A stretch of DNA of 64,000 nucleotides. It comes from Thermoplasmatales archaeon (lineage in GTDB: Archaea; Thermoplasmatota; E2; UBA202; JdFR-43). This document shows positions 10,720 to 21,370 of the stretch, piece by piece. A program made the translations under genes and the position numbers. Every line of letters starts with the position of its first letter. The first letter of the stretch is position 1. The notes below the pieces were generated by a model. It saw only the letters and a list, made by a program, of their open reading frames with translations, was not told the DNA's origin and ran no database searches. The stretch covers positions 43,681 through 107,680 of the forward strand of contig JACIWA010000003.1 in assembly GCA_014361195.1 (NCBI GenBank), given 5' to 3'.

Positions 10720-10875
10720 ATGGCAAAAAATAAACCAGCAGCAAAAAAAAGAAGATTGATGAAAGAAACAAAAAGCAATAGGCGTGTGCCCGCCTGGATA
10801 ATAATAAAGACGAGCAGAAGGTTTCTACAGCACCCAAAAAGAAGACATTGGAGAAGGAGTAATTTAAAGAGGTGA
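10720..10875 (+). CDS. rpl39e: 50S ribosomal protein L39e
   Basis: 51-aa ORF absent from the ORF track (below cutoff): [51 protein letters not shown], matching the L39e pattern RRVPxW...HPKRRHWRR. Confidence 0.8.
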   Translation: MAKNKPAAKKRRLMKETKSNRRVPAWIIIKTSRRFLQHPKRRHWRRSNLKR

Positions 10876-10879
10876 TTTT

Positions 10880-11290
10880 ATGGAAGAAAAAATTTATACT
10901 GTGCCGTTGATTAAAACAAAAAATTTTTCCAGAGCTAAAAGAGCTAAAATTGCAATGAAGGAAATAAGAGAATTTTTGAAAAAACATACAAAAAATGATA
11001 ATATTAAGATTGATAAAAGCGTGAATGAAGTTGTATGGGAAAGAGGAATAAAAAATCCCCCAAGCAAAATCAGATTAAAAGTTGTAAAAGTTGACGATAC
11101 TGTATGGGCTTATACACCTGAGACAGAAATTAAAATTGAGGAAATTGAGAAGAAGAAGGAGAAGAAAGAGAAGAAGGAAGAGAAAGAGGAAAAGGAAGAG
11201 GAAAAGATGGAGGAAAAAGAGGAGAAGGGAGAAGAAGAGGAGAAAGAGAAAGTAGAGGAGGAAAAGCAGAGCCATGCTGAAAAGGATTGA
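10880..11290 (+). CDS. rpl31e: 50S ribosomal protein L31e with K/E-rich C-terminal tail
   Basis: 136 aa; L31e core (YTVPLIKTK...VVWERGIKNPPSKIRLKV) followed by a low-complexity EK-repeat tail. Confidence 0.85.
   Translation: MEEKIYTVPLIKTKNFSRAKRAKIAMKEIREFLKKHTKNDNIKIDKSVNEVVWERGIKNPPSKIRLKVVKVDDTVWAYTPETEIKIEEIEKKKEKKEKKEEKEEKEEEKMEEKEEKGEEEEKEKVEEEKQSHAEKD
11150..11270 (+). repeat. Purine-rich GAG/AAG microsatellite-like tract encoding the E/K tail of L31e
   Basis: Direct reading: gagaagaagaaggagaagaaagagaagaaggaagag...; coding low complexity, not a CRISPR. Confidence 0.6.
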
Positions 11291-11951
11291 TTTTAACGGG
11301 AATTCATATTTGGGTATTTATTGTAAAGCAAATAATTTAGTAGCTTTTGTCCAACCCTTTCTTCCTGAAAAAACAAAAAAGGAAATTGAGGAAATTCTTA
11401 AAGTAAAAACTTTTGAGCTTACAATTGGAAGTAGCACAATAATTGGCTCTCTTTTAGCTATAAACTCAAATGCAATTGTTGTTACAGATTTCATAGAAAA
11501 AGAAGAAATGGAAATAATCGAGGATAAATTCGATGGAGAGATATTTATTTTGGAGGATAAATTTAATGCTGCTGGAAATAACATACTTGCAAATGATTAT
11601 GGAGCAATTGTTCATCCCTTGATGGGAGAAGATACTATAAAAAAGCTGGAAAAGGTAATGGAAGTGGAAGTAAGGAAGGGGACAATAGCGGGATTAAATA
11701 CTGTTGGAATGCTCGGATTAGCAACAAATAAAGGAGTGTTATGCCATCCAAAAATAAAGGAGGAGGAGAAAAAATTAATTGAAAAAGTGCTTGATGTGGA
11801 AGTAAATATCGGCACAGTAAATCATGGCATGCCATTTGTGGGGGCGGGGGCGGTGGCGAATAGGCATGGCGCAATTGTGGGGAGCGCCACAACAGGAATA
11901 GAGATGGGGAGGATTGAGGAAGCACTCCACCTTTCTAAAAATGAAGTATAA
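11274..11951 (+). CDS. eif6: Translation initiation factor 6 (aIF6)
   Basis: 225 aa; repeated subdomain pattern with NSNAIVVTD..., GAIVHPL..., GAIVGSATTG typical of eIF6. Confidence 0.9.
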   Translation: MLKRIDFNGNSYLGIYCKANNLVAFVQPFLPEKTKKEIEEILKVKTFELTIGSSTIIGSLLAINSNAIVVTDFIEKEEMEIIEDKFDGEIFILEDKFNAAGNNILANDYGAIVHPLMGEDTIKKLEKVMEVEVRKGTIAGLNTVGMLGLATNKGVLCHPKIKEEEKKLIEKVLDVEVNIGTVNHGMPFVGAGAVANRHGAIVGSATTGIEMGRIEEALHLSKNEV

Positions 11952-11975
11952 ATATTAGAAATTGATATAGGAAGA

Positions 11976-12389
11976 ATGAATGAAGAAGAGCTTAGGAGAA
12001 ATATATATTTATTGCAGAGGCATCAGGAAGAGATTGAGAATACATATGCCCAAATTGAAGTTATTGAAAAAATGATAAATGAGTATAGGAGGACAATTGA
12101 GACACTTCAGGAGATTGCATCTACTGAAGGAGAGAAGGAAATTCTAATGCCATTGGGTGGGAATGTTTTTGCTTACACCAGTTTAAAGGATACAAAGAAA
12201 GTTATAATAAGTATAGGGGATAAAGTATTTATAGAGAAAACAACAAATGGGGCAATTGATTTTTTGAATAAAAAGATAGAGGAATTGATGAGAAGTGAAG
12301 AAAAATTGATAGCCCTTGTTGATGAATTAAGCCAGAGAATGGAGGAAATTTCAAAGAAAATAAAGAAAGAAGATGTTTCAGTTTCTTAA
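11976..12389 (+). CDS. pfdA: Prefoldin alpha subunit
   Basis: 137 aa coiled-coil/beta-hairpin/coiled-coil layout; conserved position before ftsY. Confidence 0.75.
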   Translation: MNEEELRRNIYLLQRHQEEIENTYAQIEVIEKMINEYRRTIETLQEIASTEGEKEILMPLGGNVFAYTSLKDTKKVIISIGDKVFIEKTTNGAIDFLNKKIEELMRSEEKLIALVDELSQRMEEISKKIKKEDVSVS

Positions 12390-13278
12390 AAAAAAGTTAA
12401 AGAAAACAGAGGAAACAATTGAGGAAGAAAAGAAAAAAGGGTTAATTGGAATAAGCGAAAAGAAAATAGATGAATTGCTATGGCAAATCGAAATTGATTT
12501 AATTGAAGCGGATGTTGCATTTGAAGTTATAGAAGAAATTAAAAGGGAGATAAAAAATAGTTTGATAGGATTATCAAGGAGGGAGGCGAAGGAAGAAGTT
12601 GGGAAGATAATCAAAGATGCAATATATAAAATACTGAAGGAGAGCGAGGGAAACTTCTTTGAGGAAATTAAAAAATTTGAGAAGCCAGTGGTTATTTTAT
12701 TTGTCGGAGTGAATGGCTCTGGAAAAACAACCGCAATAGCAAAACTTGCCTGGCAATTAAAAAATATGGGTTATAGTTGTGTAATTGCTGCATGCGATAC
12801 TTTCAGGGCGGGGGCAATTGAACAGCTTGAAAGGCATGCTGAAAAGATAGGGGTTAAATTGATAAAGCATGATTTTGGCTCTGACCCAGCAGCTGTTGCT
12901 TATGATGCAATAGAGCATGCAAAAGCGAGGCATAAGGATTTTGTTTTAATTGACACAGCGGGAAGAATGCAGACAAATATAAACCTTATGGAAGAAATGA
13001 AGAAAATAAAGAGGGTTGCAAAGCCAAATCTTGTAATTTTTGTCGGTGATGCATTAGTTGGAAACGATGCTATAGAGCAGGCAAAGAAATTCAATGATGC
13101 AGTTGGAATAGATGGAGTGATATTATCAAAAGTAGATGCGGATGCAAAAGGAGGAGCATCAATCTCCATAGCATATTCAATAAAGAGGCCTCTTTATTTT
13201 ATAGGTATCGGACAGAATTATGAAGAGCAAATGCCTTTTAATGCGGATTGGATGATAAAGAGGATATTTGAGGAGTAA
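12373..13278 (+). CDS. ftsY: Signal recognition particle receptor FtsY
   Basis: 301 aa; SRP GTPase motifs FVGVNGSGKTT, DTAGR, SKVDADAKGG. Confidence 0.9.
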   Translation: MFQFLKKKLKKTEETIEEEKKKGLIGISEKKIDELLWQIEIDLIEADVAFEVIEEIKREIKNSLIGLSRREAKEEVGKIIKDAIYKILKESEGNFFEEIKKFEKPVVILFVGVNGSGKTTAIAKLAWQLKNMGYSCVIAACDTFRAGAIEQLERHAEKIGVKLIKHDFGSDPAAVAYDAIEHAKARHKDFVLIDTAGRMQTNINLMEEMKKIKRVAKPNLVIFVGDALVGNDAIEQAKKFNDAVGIDGVILSKVDADAKGGASISIAYSIKRPLYFIGIGQNYEEQMPFNADWMIKRIFEE

Positions 13279-13279
13279 T

Positions 13280-14191
13280 TTATCTTTTAATTGACAATAT
13301 TCCTCCAATGAAAGCGGGCAAAAGAATTGTTATTACATACCCACTTAAAGAAAGAGCTACTACTGATGCGCTATCAATTCCATAAAAAGAGAATAAATAG
13401 ATGAGAGTGCTCTCCCTTGTTCCAAAACCAGCAATTGTTACTGGAATTATACCTATTAATGAAGCAACTGAATATATAATTACAAAATCAAGAAATGGAA
13501 TTGAGATATTCATGGAAAGGGATATTATATATATTTGCAGGAATAAAATTAAATAGCTTAAAATCTCTATGAGAATTGTTAAAGAAAGAAAAATAAGGGA
13601 GGGAAAATTGTACACATAATCCAGGGAAATCCATGAGGAGAATCTTTCTGGTATTACAAATTTGAAAAAAGATAATATCTTTTTGCTATTTTTCTCAAAT
13701 ATGAAATATAGGAGGATAAATATGAGGGAAATAAAAAGGAAGGAAGGAAAAAGATAGGGAAATCTTTTGTAAATAAAAATGCTTCCAAAGAGGGCAAGAA
13801 AAATAAGGGATGCTAACTCAATAATTTGATCTATAAAAACATTTATAACACATGCAGAAATCGGCTTTTTGCTCTCTTCTCTAAGATAAGGAGCTCTTAT
13901 ATAATCTCCGAGCCAGAGAGGAGTTATGCTTCCATAGAATAAGCCGATAAGATTAATTTTTATTAAATAAAGATATCTTGCGTCTATACCTTGTTTTTTG
14001 CATATCATCATCCATTTATAAGTGCTTATGAAGAAGCGAGGTATGAAAAGAAGAGAAGAAATTAAAATTGCTTGAAAGGATATTTTCTTAAAAATTTCAA
14101 AAATTTCATTTATTCCAGTATCGTAAATAATATAAAAAAATAGAATTAATCCAAAAAATGGCAATATATTTTTTATATGATTCCATTTCAT
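13280..14191 (-). CDS. Integral membrane protein, UPF0104 / lysylphosphatidylglycerol-synthase-TM-like family
   Basis: 303 aa, multiple TM helices, GFGTRE motif near the C-terminus typical of UPF0104. Confidence 0.6.
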   Translation of the reverse strand: MKWNHIKNILPFFGLILFFYIIYDTGINEIFEIFKKISFQAILISSLLFIPRFFISTYKWMMICKKQGIDARYLYLIKINLIGLFYGSITPLWLGDYIRAPYLREESKKPISACVINVFIDQIIELASLIFLALFGSIFIYKRFPYLFPSFLFISLIFILLYFIFEKNSKKILSFFKFVIPERFSSWISLDYVYNFPSLIFLSLTILIEILSYLILFLQIYIISLSMNISIPFLDFVIIYSVASLIGIIPVTIAGFGTRESTLIYLFSFYGIDSASVVALSLSGYVITILLPAFIGGILSIKR

Positions 14192-14236
14192 AGTGAAAAA
14201 AAGGATAAGTTTATAATATTTTTCTGATATATTTCT

Positions 14237-16405
14237 GTGAAATTTAGATATAAACTAACTCTTCTGCTGATTGCAATTTCACTTATTCCTTTGATTATTC
14301 TTCCCTATACACTATCTGAAAGAACTAAAGTGGAGATTAAAAAGCAAGCGGAGGAAAATATAGAAACAATGGTAAATATAAAATCTGATTTTTATAATCA
14401 CATTTTTTTGGACTTTAGAAATAGAGTAGAGGCGATGGCTCAACTTATAGAGGAAAATTGGGGAAAAGGAAGCTATTATAATTTATCCTACATATATAGC
14501 AAAAATGGAAGCTATCCGGAGGAAATCAAAAATTTTGAATTTATAAAGCAGGCACTTGATATATTTGGTAAAGATAAGAACATAACTCTTATATATTTTG
14601 TATCAGAGAGTGGATTATGTTTTTTTAATAATGCGGAATTTTGTAAAAAATTGAAAGAGATGAGAGAAAGAGGAGAAGCAATTGATCCAAGGGAAAGACC
14701 ATGGTATAAATTGGCAAAAGAAAAGAATTCAACAGTATGGACTCCTCTTTACATTGATTTAAACACTGGAAAACTTACAACAACAATCTCAACGCCTGTA
14801 TTTTTAAACGGCGAGTTTTTTGGGGTGGCGGGCATAGATATTTTGTTTGAAACATTAAAGGAGGATATAATTGATATAAATTTTGCTGGAAATGGATATG
14901 CATTGCTGGTGGAGGAAAATGGCAATATTTTGGTGAGTCCAGAATATACTGAAGGAGGAAAAAAATGGAATGAAACTTTTGAGGAGTGGAATATTTTTGA
15001 TATAAGCGGACTAAAGGAAATGGGAGAATATGTAAAAAATTTCTCTGCTGGAAGGAAAATTATAAAAATTAACAATGAAAATTATTATGCTTTTTCTCAT
15101 CCAATCGAGGAAATTAAAGGTTCATTGATTTTTTTAATTAAGGAAGATATTCTCGCCCAGATTGTTGCCCAAAGGGAAATAGAATATATTTCAATGTTTT
15201 TTATTCTTCTCATAATAGTTATAGCGGTGGCTTTCATATTTTCAAGGAGTTTAACCAAGCCAATAGAAGAGCTTAGAGAAGTTACAAGAGAGGCGGGCAA
15301 GGGAAATCTTGATGTAAGGGCTAAAACAAAAGGAAAAGATGAGATATCAGAGCTTTCAAAAGATTTTAATAGAATGATGGAGGAATTGAGCATATATAAT
15401 AAATCTCTCAGAGAATCAGAGGAAAAATATAGAGGAATATTTGATGAATCAATGGATGCAATCTATATCTCAACATATGAAGGAAAATTTGTTGACATAA
15501 ATAATGCTGGGCTAAAGCTACTTGGCTATACCAGGGATGAAATTTTTAAGATAAATGTTGAAGAAATTTATGAAAAAAGAGAGGATAGGGAGAAATTTAA
15601 AAGAGAAATGGATAAAAGAGGTTTTTTAAAAAATTATGAAGTGAGATTGAAAAGAAAGGATGGAAGAATAATTGACTGCTTGATTTCCGCTGTAAAAATT
15701 GAAAAAGACGGCAAAATATATTATCAGGGAATAATAAAAGATATAACTGAATTGAAGGAAGCTAGGAAAATGCTTGAAATGTATAACTCTTTGATAAGAC
15801 ATGATATAGGAAACAGGAATCAAATTGCAGCGGGCTGTTTAGAATTGCTCGGGGAAAGTAAATTAAAAGATGAAGACAAAAAATTGCTTGACAAAGCATA
15901 TGAAAATATAATGCAATCCCAGAAGCTTCTCTATAAATTGAGTTTGATAGGAAGGCTTGGAGAAAAAGAGCTTAAAAAGATTAGCTTGGATAATGCAATA
16001 GAAAAAAGTATAGAATTTCATAAAAATGTTGCAAATGAAAAGGGAATAAAAATTTCTTTCAAAAAGAAAAATGCTTATGTTATTGCGGATGAGTTGCTGG
16101 AAAATGTATTTTCAAACTTTATAGAGAATTCAATAAATCATTCAAATTGCAAAAATATTGAAATATCAATTGATGAAAATAATGGCTATTATATTGTAAG
16201 AATAAAAGATGATGGGAAAGGAATAAGTGAGGATGTTGCAAAAAGAATATTTGAATTTGGAGTAAAGGGTAAAGAAAGCAAGGGAAGCGGGCTCGGCCTG
16301 CATCTCTCAAAGATTATTGTTGAGGGATATGGGGGAAAAATAGTTCTAAAAAATGCAAAAAATGCGGAATTTGAAATATATCTCAAGAAAGCGGCTAACT
16401 ATTAA
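14237..16405 (+). CDS. Sensor histidine kinase (N-terminal TM + Cache-like extracellular domain, HAMP, PAS, HisKA/HATPase)
   Basis: 722 aa; two TM segments flanking a periplasmic-type sensor domain, HAMP-like linker, PAS (YRGIFDESMDAIYIS), H-box region (RHDIGNRNQ) and ATPase G-box (GSGLGLHLSK); no response regulator adjacent. Confidence 0.85.
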   Translation: MKFRYKLTLLLIAISLIPLIILPYTLSERTKVEIKKQAEENIETMVNIKSDFYNHIFLDFRNRVEAMAQLIEENWGKGSYYNLSYIYSKNGSYPEEIKNFEFIKQALDIFGKDKNITLIYFVSESGLCFFNNAEFCKKLKEMRERGEAIDPRERPWYKLAKEKNSTVWTPLYIDLNTGKLTTTISTPVFLNGEFFGVAGIDILFETLKEDIIDINFAGNGYALLVEENGNILVSPEYTEGGKKWNETFEEWNIFDISGLKEMGEYVKNFSAGRKIIKINNENYYAFSHPIEEIKGSLIFLIKEDILAQIVAQREIEYISMFFILLIIVIAVAFIFSRSLTKPIEELREVTREAGKGNLDVRAKTKGKDEISELSKDFNRMMEELSIYNKSLRESEEKYRGIFDESMDAIYISTYEGKFVDINNAGLKLLGYTRDEIFKINVEEIYEKREDREKFKREMDKRGFLKNYEVRLKRKDGRIIDCLISAVKIEKDGKIYYQGIIKDITELKEARKMLEMYNSLIRHDIGNRNQIAAGCLELLGESKLKDEDKKLLDKAYENIMQSQKLLYKLSLIGRLGEKELKKISLDNAIEKSIEFHKNVANEKGIKISFKKKNAYVIADELLENVFSNFIENSINHSNCKNIEISIDENNGYYIVRIKDDGKGISEDVAKRIFEFGVKGKESKGSGLGLHLSKIIVEGYGGKIVLKNAKNAEFEIYLKKAANY

Positions 16406-18082
16406 TTATTTATGAGAGAAAATTCCTGTTAAGCCATCTTTTCTTTCAATTCTTACAAATCCAAATCTCTCAAATTGAATAATTTCTCCGTCTTTTAGCA
16501 ATTCAACATTTTTCTCCGCATATCCATGAACTATTTTTAGGCTATCTTTATCAAATTCATCGTCTTTAAATGGCAAAAGAGGAACCATTACTTTCATTTC
16601 TATCCTTTCCTCGCTCACCCACTGTATCTTTTCTATTCCTTCAATTATTTTTTCTCCCGCAAATCTTCCCCGCAAATATTCATTTTTCTTTTCAATTTTT
16701 ACATTATACAAATCTTTTAATCTTATGATATCTCCTTCCTTTATTTTCAAAGCATCTTCTTTTGGTATATAAAATATTTTTCCAATTGATATTTTTCTTT
16801 TCCCCATATCAATGGAAGGATGATTTTTCAACTCTACTTCTTTCTCAATCCCATCTTCAACAAAAAGCTTAACTGGCTCTGGAACAAAGAAATATCTTTT
16901 TGCTTTTGGATCAAGATTTTTTCTGTTTATTGCTTCTATATTTTCAAATACAACCATTCCTTCCGATTTAGAAACACCCTGAGAAAGAACAAATTCTCTT
17001 ATTGTTTCAGGCAATATACCTCTCCTCTTTAAACCAATAAGGGTTGGCAGGCGTGGATCATCCCATCCCATAACAATTTTATTTTCTATTAATGGTTTTA
17101 TCTTCCTTTTTGAAACAGGCATCCCTTTTATTTCAAGACGGGAGAATTCCATTAAATGGGGTTTTCTCAGACCAAGGCAATCAAGTATGTAAAAATATAC
17201 CTCATCTCTCAATTCATATTCCTTGCTTCTGAAAGGATGTGTTACCCCTGATAAAGAATCCTCAACCGCTCCATAAAAATCATATGTTGGCCATATTCTA
17301 AACCTGTTTCCATGTATTGGATGAGGATGCTCTATTATCCTAAATAAAACAGGATCTCTCATTGCGGTATTAAGGGATTTCATATCTCCCTTTAACCTTA
17401 TAGTTGCCTCCCCTTCTTTCATTCCCCTGAAATCTTCCCATGAAAAATTACCTCTTATCCTGCATTCACATTCCTTACCAATTGCCCTGTTTTCCCTTAC
17501 TTTTTCCTCACTGCAAGTACATATATATGCATTTCCCTCATAAAGCATTTTCTTAACCAATTCATAATGCTTTGGCAGATTATCAGAAGTTCTATATTCC
17601 TTATCCCATTCTATACCAAGCCATTTCAAATCCTCTTTCTGGGCATCATAGAATTCCTTTCTTTCATTCACTGGATTTGTATCATCGAACCTAAGAATAA
17701 ATGTTCCTTCATAAATTCTGGCATATTCATAATCAACAAAAGCAGCTTTTGCATGCCCTATATGCAAGTAGCCATTCGGCTCGGGCGGGAAGCGCGTAAC
17801 AACTTCCCCCTTTTTTGCAAAGGGAAGGGGTGGTAACTTTTTTTCTTCTTTCGCTTTCTCCTTTTTAATTTCTTCCAAACCCATTCTTTCAATTTCTTCT
17901 CTTTGTTCGTCAGGGCTTAAAGTATTTACTTCCTCAACAATTCTTCTTACAATTGGTATTATTTCTTTTGCATCCACCCCAGCTTCTGCAATAACCTTTC
18001 CAATAACTACTTTGAAATCCGCTTTCCCGAATTTTATTGCATTTATTAAAGCATGTTTTTTTGCAATTTCTTCTATGTTCAT
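16406..18082 (-). CDS. gltX: Glutamyl-tRNA synthetase (archaeal type)
   Basis: 558 aa; class I HIGH motif (PEPNGYLHIGHAKAA) and catalytic core RFDDTNP. Confidence 0.9.
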   Translation of the reverse strand: MNIEEIAKKHALINAIKFGKADFKVVIGKVIAEAGVDAKEIIPIVRRIVEEVNTLSPDEQREEIERMGLEEIKKEKAKEEKKLPPLPFAKKGEVVTRFPPEPNGYLHIGHAKAAFVDYEYARIYEGTFILRFDDTNPVNERKEFYDAQKEDLKWLGIEWDKEYRTSDNLPKHYELVKKMLYEGNAYICTCSEEKVRENRAIGKECECRIRGNFSWEDFRGMKEGEATIRLKGDMKSLNTAMRDPVLFRIIEHPHPIHGNRFRIWPTYDFYGAVEDSLSGVTHPFRSKEYELRDEVYFYILDCLGLRKPHLMEFSRLEIKGMPVSKRKIKPLIENKIVMGWDDPRLPTLIGLKRRGILPETIREFVLSQGVSKSEGMVVFENIEAINRKNLDPKAKRYFFVPEPVKLFVEDGIEKEVELKNHPSIDMGKRKISIGKIFYIPKEDALKIKEGDIIRLKDLYNVKIEKKNEYLRGRFAGEKIIEGIEKIQWVSEERIEMKVMVPLLPFKDDEFDKDSLKIVHGYAEKNVELLKDGEIIQFERFGFVRIERKDGLTGIFSHK

Positions 18083-19026
18083 TTTTCTCTCTTTACCGCA
18101 AATTCAGCAATCTCAATTAACCTCTTTTTTTCTTCGCTATTCTTAATCTTTTCCAAAGCTCTTTTTGCTTTTTCTACATAACTAAAAGCCATATTTTTCG
18201 CATAATCTATTGCCCCTATTTCTTCCAGAAATGAGATTGCTTTTTTAACATCTTCCTCACTTTCTTTCCCGTAATTTTTAAGTAACCTTTCCCTGTCCTT
18301 TTTATATGCATAGATATACAGTATTGTTTTCTTCCCCCTCCTTATATCACTTCCAACTGGCTTACCTATATTCTTTCCAATAACATCAAGGCAATCATCC
18401 CATATTTGAAATGCCATTCCAAGATTGAGACCATAATTTCTCAAAGCTTCTATCTCCTTTTCCTTAGCCCTTCCAATGATTGCACCTCCCATGCTTGCAT
18501 GCTCAAACATTTTTGCTGTTTTTTTCTCAATCATTTCAAGAAATTTTTTTTCATCAACATATTCCATCTTTTCAAAGCTCATATCCATATCCTGCCCCTC
18601 ACAAATTTCTTTTGCCATTATCGCAAGATTTCTTAAAATTCTCTTTGCAATTTTATCATTTTCTATCTGACTTGCTATTTCAAAAGATTTTGCGAATAAT
18701 GCATCGCCCGCCATTATTGCAGTATTCTCTCCAAATAATTTATGAACTGTTGGCTTTCCTCTCCTTTCCTCATCCTTATCCATTATATCGTCATGTATGA
18801 GAGTAAAGGTATGGATTAGCTCAAGAGCAACTCCAAAGGGAATTGTATCCTCCCCTCTCCCTCCGACCGCCTCACAGGAAATGAAGGCAATTATAGGGCG
18901 TAATCTTTTACCTCCCGCAAATGGCAAATGCTTGACCGCATCATACAAATTTTTTGGCTCCATTTCATAAAGATAATTCTCTATTCCCTTATCAATAGCA
19001 ATTCTTATTTCCTCTAAATACTCCAT
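18079..19026 (-). CDS. idsA: Polyprenyl (geranylgeranyl) diphosphate synthase
   Basis: 315 aa; first and second Asp-rich motifs LIHDDIMD and QIWDDCLD. Confidence 0.85.
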   Translation of the reverse strand: MEYLEEIRIAIDKGIENYLYEMEPKNLYDAVKHLPFAGGKRLRPIIAFISCEAVGGRGEDTIPFGVALELIHTFTLIHDDIMDKDEERRGKPTVHKLFGENTAIMAGDALFAKSFEIASQIENDKIAKRILRNLAIMAKEICEGQDMDMSFEKMEYVDEKKFLEMIEKKTAKMFEHASMGGAIIGRAKEKEIEALRNYGLNLGMAFQIWDDCLDVIGKNIGKPVGSDIRRGKKTILYIYAYKKDRERLLKNYGKESEEDVKKAISFLEEIGAIDYAKNMAFSYVEKAKRALEKIKNSEEKKRLIEIAEFAVKREK

Positions 19027-20024
19027 ATTTCCACCTCCCTCAATTCCTCAATATTTTTGCAACCTGTCAAAAATAATGAGAAAAGGAGGGATTTTCTAAA
19101 AATTTCCATCTTTTCTTCCATTGATTTGCTTTTTAAGATAGCACTTGCTACGCCCGCACAATCCGCACCCAATGCAATGGATTTTGCAACATCAAGCCCG
19201 TGCTTTATTCCTCCTGTAGCAATTATTTCAATACCCGCATCTCTGCATATTTCAGATATTTCAATCAAACAATAAGGAGTTGGAATTCCCCAGTCCCAGA
19301 ATATTTTCCCTATTTCTTCCTGTATCCTGTCCTTGATTTTCCTCGCCCTGTAGCTTTCAACCGCTGAAAAAGAAGTTCCTCCCGCTCCTCCTACATCTAT
19401 TCCAACTATATCCGTGTCAAGCAATTTTTCAACAACTTTTCTTGATATACCCGCTCCTGTTTCTTTTACAATAACTGGCTTATCAAGAGAGGATGAAATC
19501 TCTTTTATCATATTCAAGCATCCTTTCGCATTTCTATCACCTTCTGGCTGAATCACTTCCTGCAAAAAATTAAGATGGACTGCAAGCACATGAGCATCTA
19601 TCATCTCTATTGCCTTATTTGCTTTCTCCACCGCATCCTTCCATTCAAGTAGCTGGGGGGCACCAATATTTGCAATTCTTAGAGGAATGCGATAATTCTT
19701 CACAACACTATAGCTTTCCACAAGCCCCGCATCTTCCAGGCCAGCCCTCTGCGAACCAACTCCCATGCCGATGCCGAATTTTTCCGCAATTCTTGCCAAC
19801 CCTTCATTTATTTTTTTTGCTTCTTCAAAACCACCTGTCATTCCCGCAATTATTAAAGGCATTGACAATTTTTTTCCAAAGATCTCTGTTGAGAGGTCTA
19901 TTTCGTCTATATTTATCTCAGGCAATGCATTATGGAGCAACATGAAGTCATCCCAATAATTGTATGAATGCGTGACATCTTCTTCCATCACTATTTCCAG
20001 ATGTTCTTTCTTCCTGTTTTTCAT
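19014..20024 (-). CDS. fni: Isopentenyl-diphosphate delta-isomerase, type 2 (FMN-dependent)
   Basis: 336 aa TIM-barrel flavoprotein; MTGG, VKETGAGIS and GGAGGTSF motifs typical of IDI-2. Confidence 0.9.
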   Translation of the reverse strand: MKNRKKEHLEIVMEEDVTHSYNYWDDFMLLHNALPEINIDEIDLSTEIFGKKLSMPLIIAGMTGGFEEAKKINEGLARIAEKFGIGMGVGSQRAGLEDAGLVESYSVVKNYRIPLRIANIGAPQLLEWKDAVEKANKAIEMIDAHVLAVHLNFLQEVIQPEGDRNAKGCLNMIKEISSSLDKPVIVKETGAGISRKVVEKLLDTDIVGIDVGGAGGTSFSAVESYRARKIKDRIQEEIGKIFWDWGIPTPYCLIEISEICRDAGIEIIATGGIKHGLDVAKSIALGADCAGVASAILKSKSMEEKMEIFRKSLLFSLFLTGCKNIEELREVEIWSI

Positions 20025-20044
20025 CTTTCCATTAATGCTTAAAA

Positions 20045-21370
20045 TTATTTATAATTATTTCTTCCCCTTACAATTGAAGTAAATATTCCAAAAAGACAAA
20101 GAATTGCGGATATTATGAGGGCTTTCTCCATCGCATCTAAAAATTGATTACTTTTTGTAAGGGAAATTGCGATTCCCATGCTTGCAGATTGGCCAACAAC
20201 TCGCATTGTTGCAAGTGTTGCGGATGCGACCCCATATTCCCTGCTTTCTACACTACCCATAATTGCATTTGTGTTTGGAGAAGAGAAAAATGCAAAACCA
20301 AATCCAATTAAAGATAGAGTTGCAATTATTGCAAATATGCTATAATTATTTCTTATGCATAGAGAAAGCAGGAAAACGCCAATTCCAGTTAATCCTATAC
20401 CAAATGATGCAATTATTTTTGCATCTATTTTATCAGATGCCTTTCCAGCAATTGGAGAGAATAATGCCTGAACAACTGATTGAGAAATCAGGATTAGCCC
20501 AGCATTACTTGCGGAGAAGTTTTTTATGTTTTGAAGATAAAGGCTCATAAAAAATGTTAATGAGTAAGTTGCGGAATAATGAATCAATGCGGTTAAATTT
20601 GAAAAAATAAATACAAAATTTCTTTTGAAAATTGATGGTTTTATCAAAGGTTTTTCAATCCTACTCTCATATAAAGTAAAAACTAAAAAAATTAAGAGAG
20701 AGAAGATTGCAAGCATAATTCCTGTAATTGACCCAATTACCGAAATTCCATATATCAGAGAAATTATGAAAGTTGCAAAGAGAAGAGAGCCAAAATAATC
20801 AAATTTCTCATAATTATGAGAAAATTCATATTTAAAATTTCCTAGCAAAAGGATTATTATAATGCATATTAAAATCATTAGAAAAAATATGCTCCTCCAT
20901 CCAAAATAACTTGTTAAAAATCCTCCAATGAGCGGGCCGGTTGAGAGGCCTATATAAGTAAATGAAACATTTATTCCCAGTGCCTTTCCTCTATCCTCTT
21001 TAAAAAAGGAGGAAAGCATAGCAATTCCATTTGAAAAAATAATTGCACTTCCTATTGCATGAATTATCCTGAAAGATAGGAAAAAATAAGGTGGAGAAGG
21101 AATAATTGATAAGAAAGAAGCAATAGCAAAAATTATTATTCCATATAGAAAAACCCTCTTTCTTCCGTAAATATCCCCAATTTTCCCAAATGGCAAAAGA
21201 AAAACCGCGGTAGCCAATATATAGGAAGTGGTAATCCATCCCAGAAAAAATGAATCAACGCCAAAATCCTTTCCTATTGATGGAAGGGCTATATTAATTG
21301 AGGAAGAGGTGAATGGAATAAGGAATGATGAAAAACAAGTTACAATTAAAACTATATTTTTATCCTTCAC
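20045..21370 (-). CDS. MFS transporter (drug:H+ antiporter-like, ~12-14 TM)
   Basis: 441 aa highly hydrophobic; MFS signature GKIGDIYGRKRV between TM2 and TM3. Confidence 0.8.
   Translation of the reverse strand: MKDKNIVLIVTCFSSFLIPFTSSSINIALPSIGKDFGVDSFFLGWITTSYILATAVFLLPFGKIGDIYGRKRVFLYGIIIFAIASFLSIIPSPPYFFLSFRIIHAIGSAIIFSNGIAMLSSFFKEDRGKALGINVSFTYIGLSTGPLIGGFLTSYFGWRSIFFLMILICIIIILLLGNFKYEFSHNYEKFDYFGSLLFATFIISLIYGISVIGSITGIMLAIFSLLIFLVFTLYESRIEKPLIKPSIFKRNFVFIFSNLTALIHYSATYSLTFFMSLYLQNIKNFSASNAGLILISQSVVQALFSPIAGKASDKIDAKIIASFGIGLTGIGVFLLSLCIRNNYSIFAIIATLSLIGFGFAFFSSPNTNAIMGSVESREYGVASATLATMRVVGQSASMGIAISLTKSNQFLDAMEKALIISAILCLFGIFTSIVRGRNNYK

Noticed and set aside
11150-11270. Repetitive purine-rich tract, considered as a possible CRISPR or tandem-repeat element
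   Set aside because: It is in frame within rpl31e and encodes a K/E tail; no spacer-repeat periodicity. No CRISPR-like array was seen anywhere in the window.
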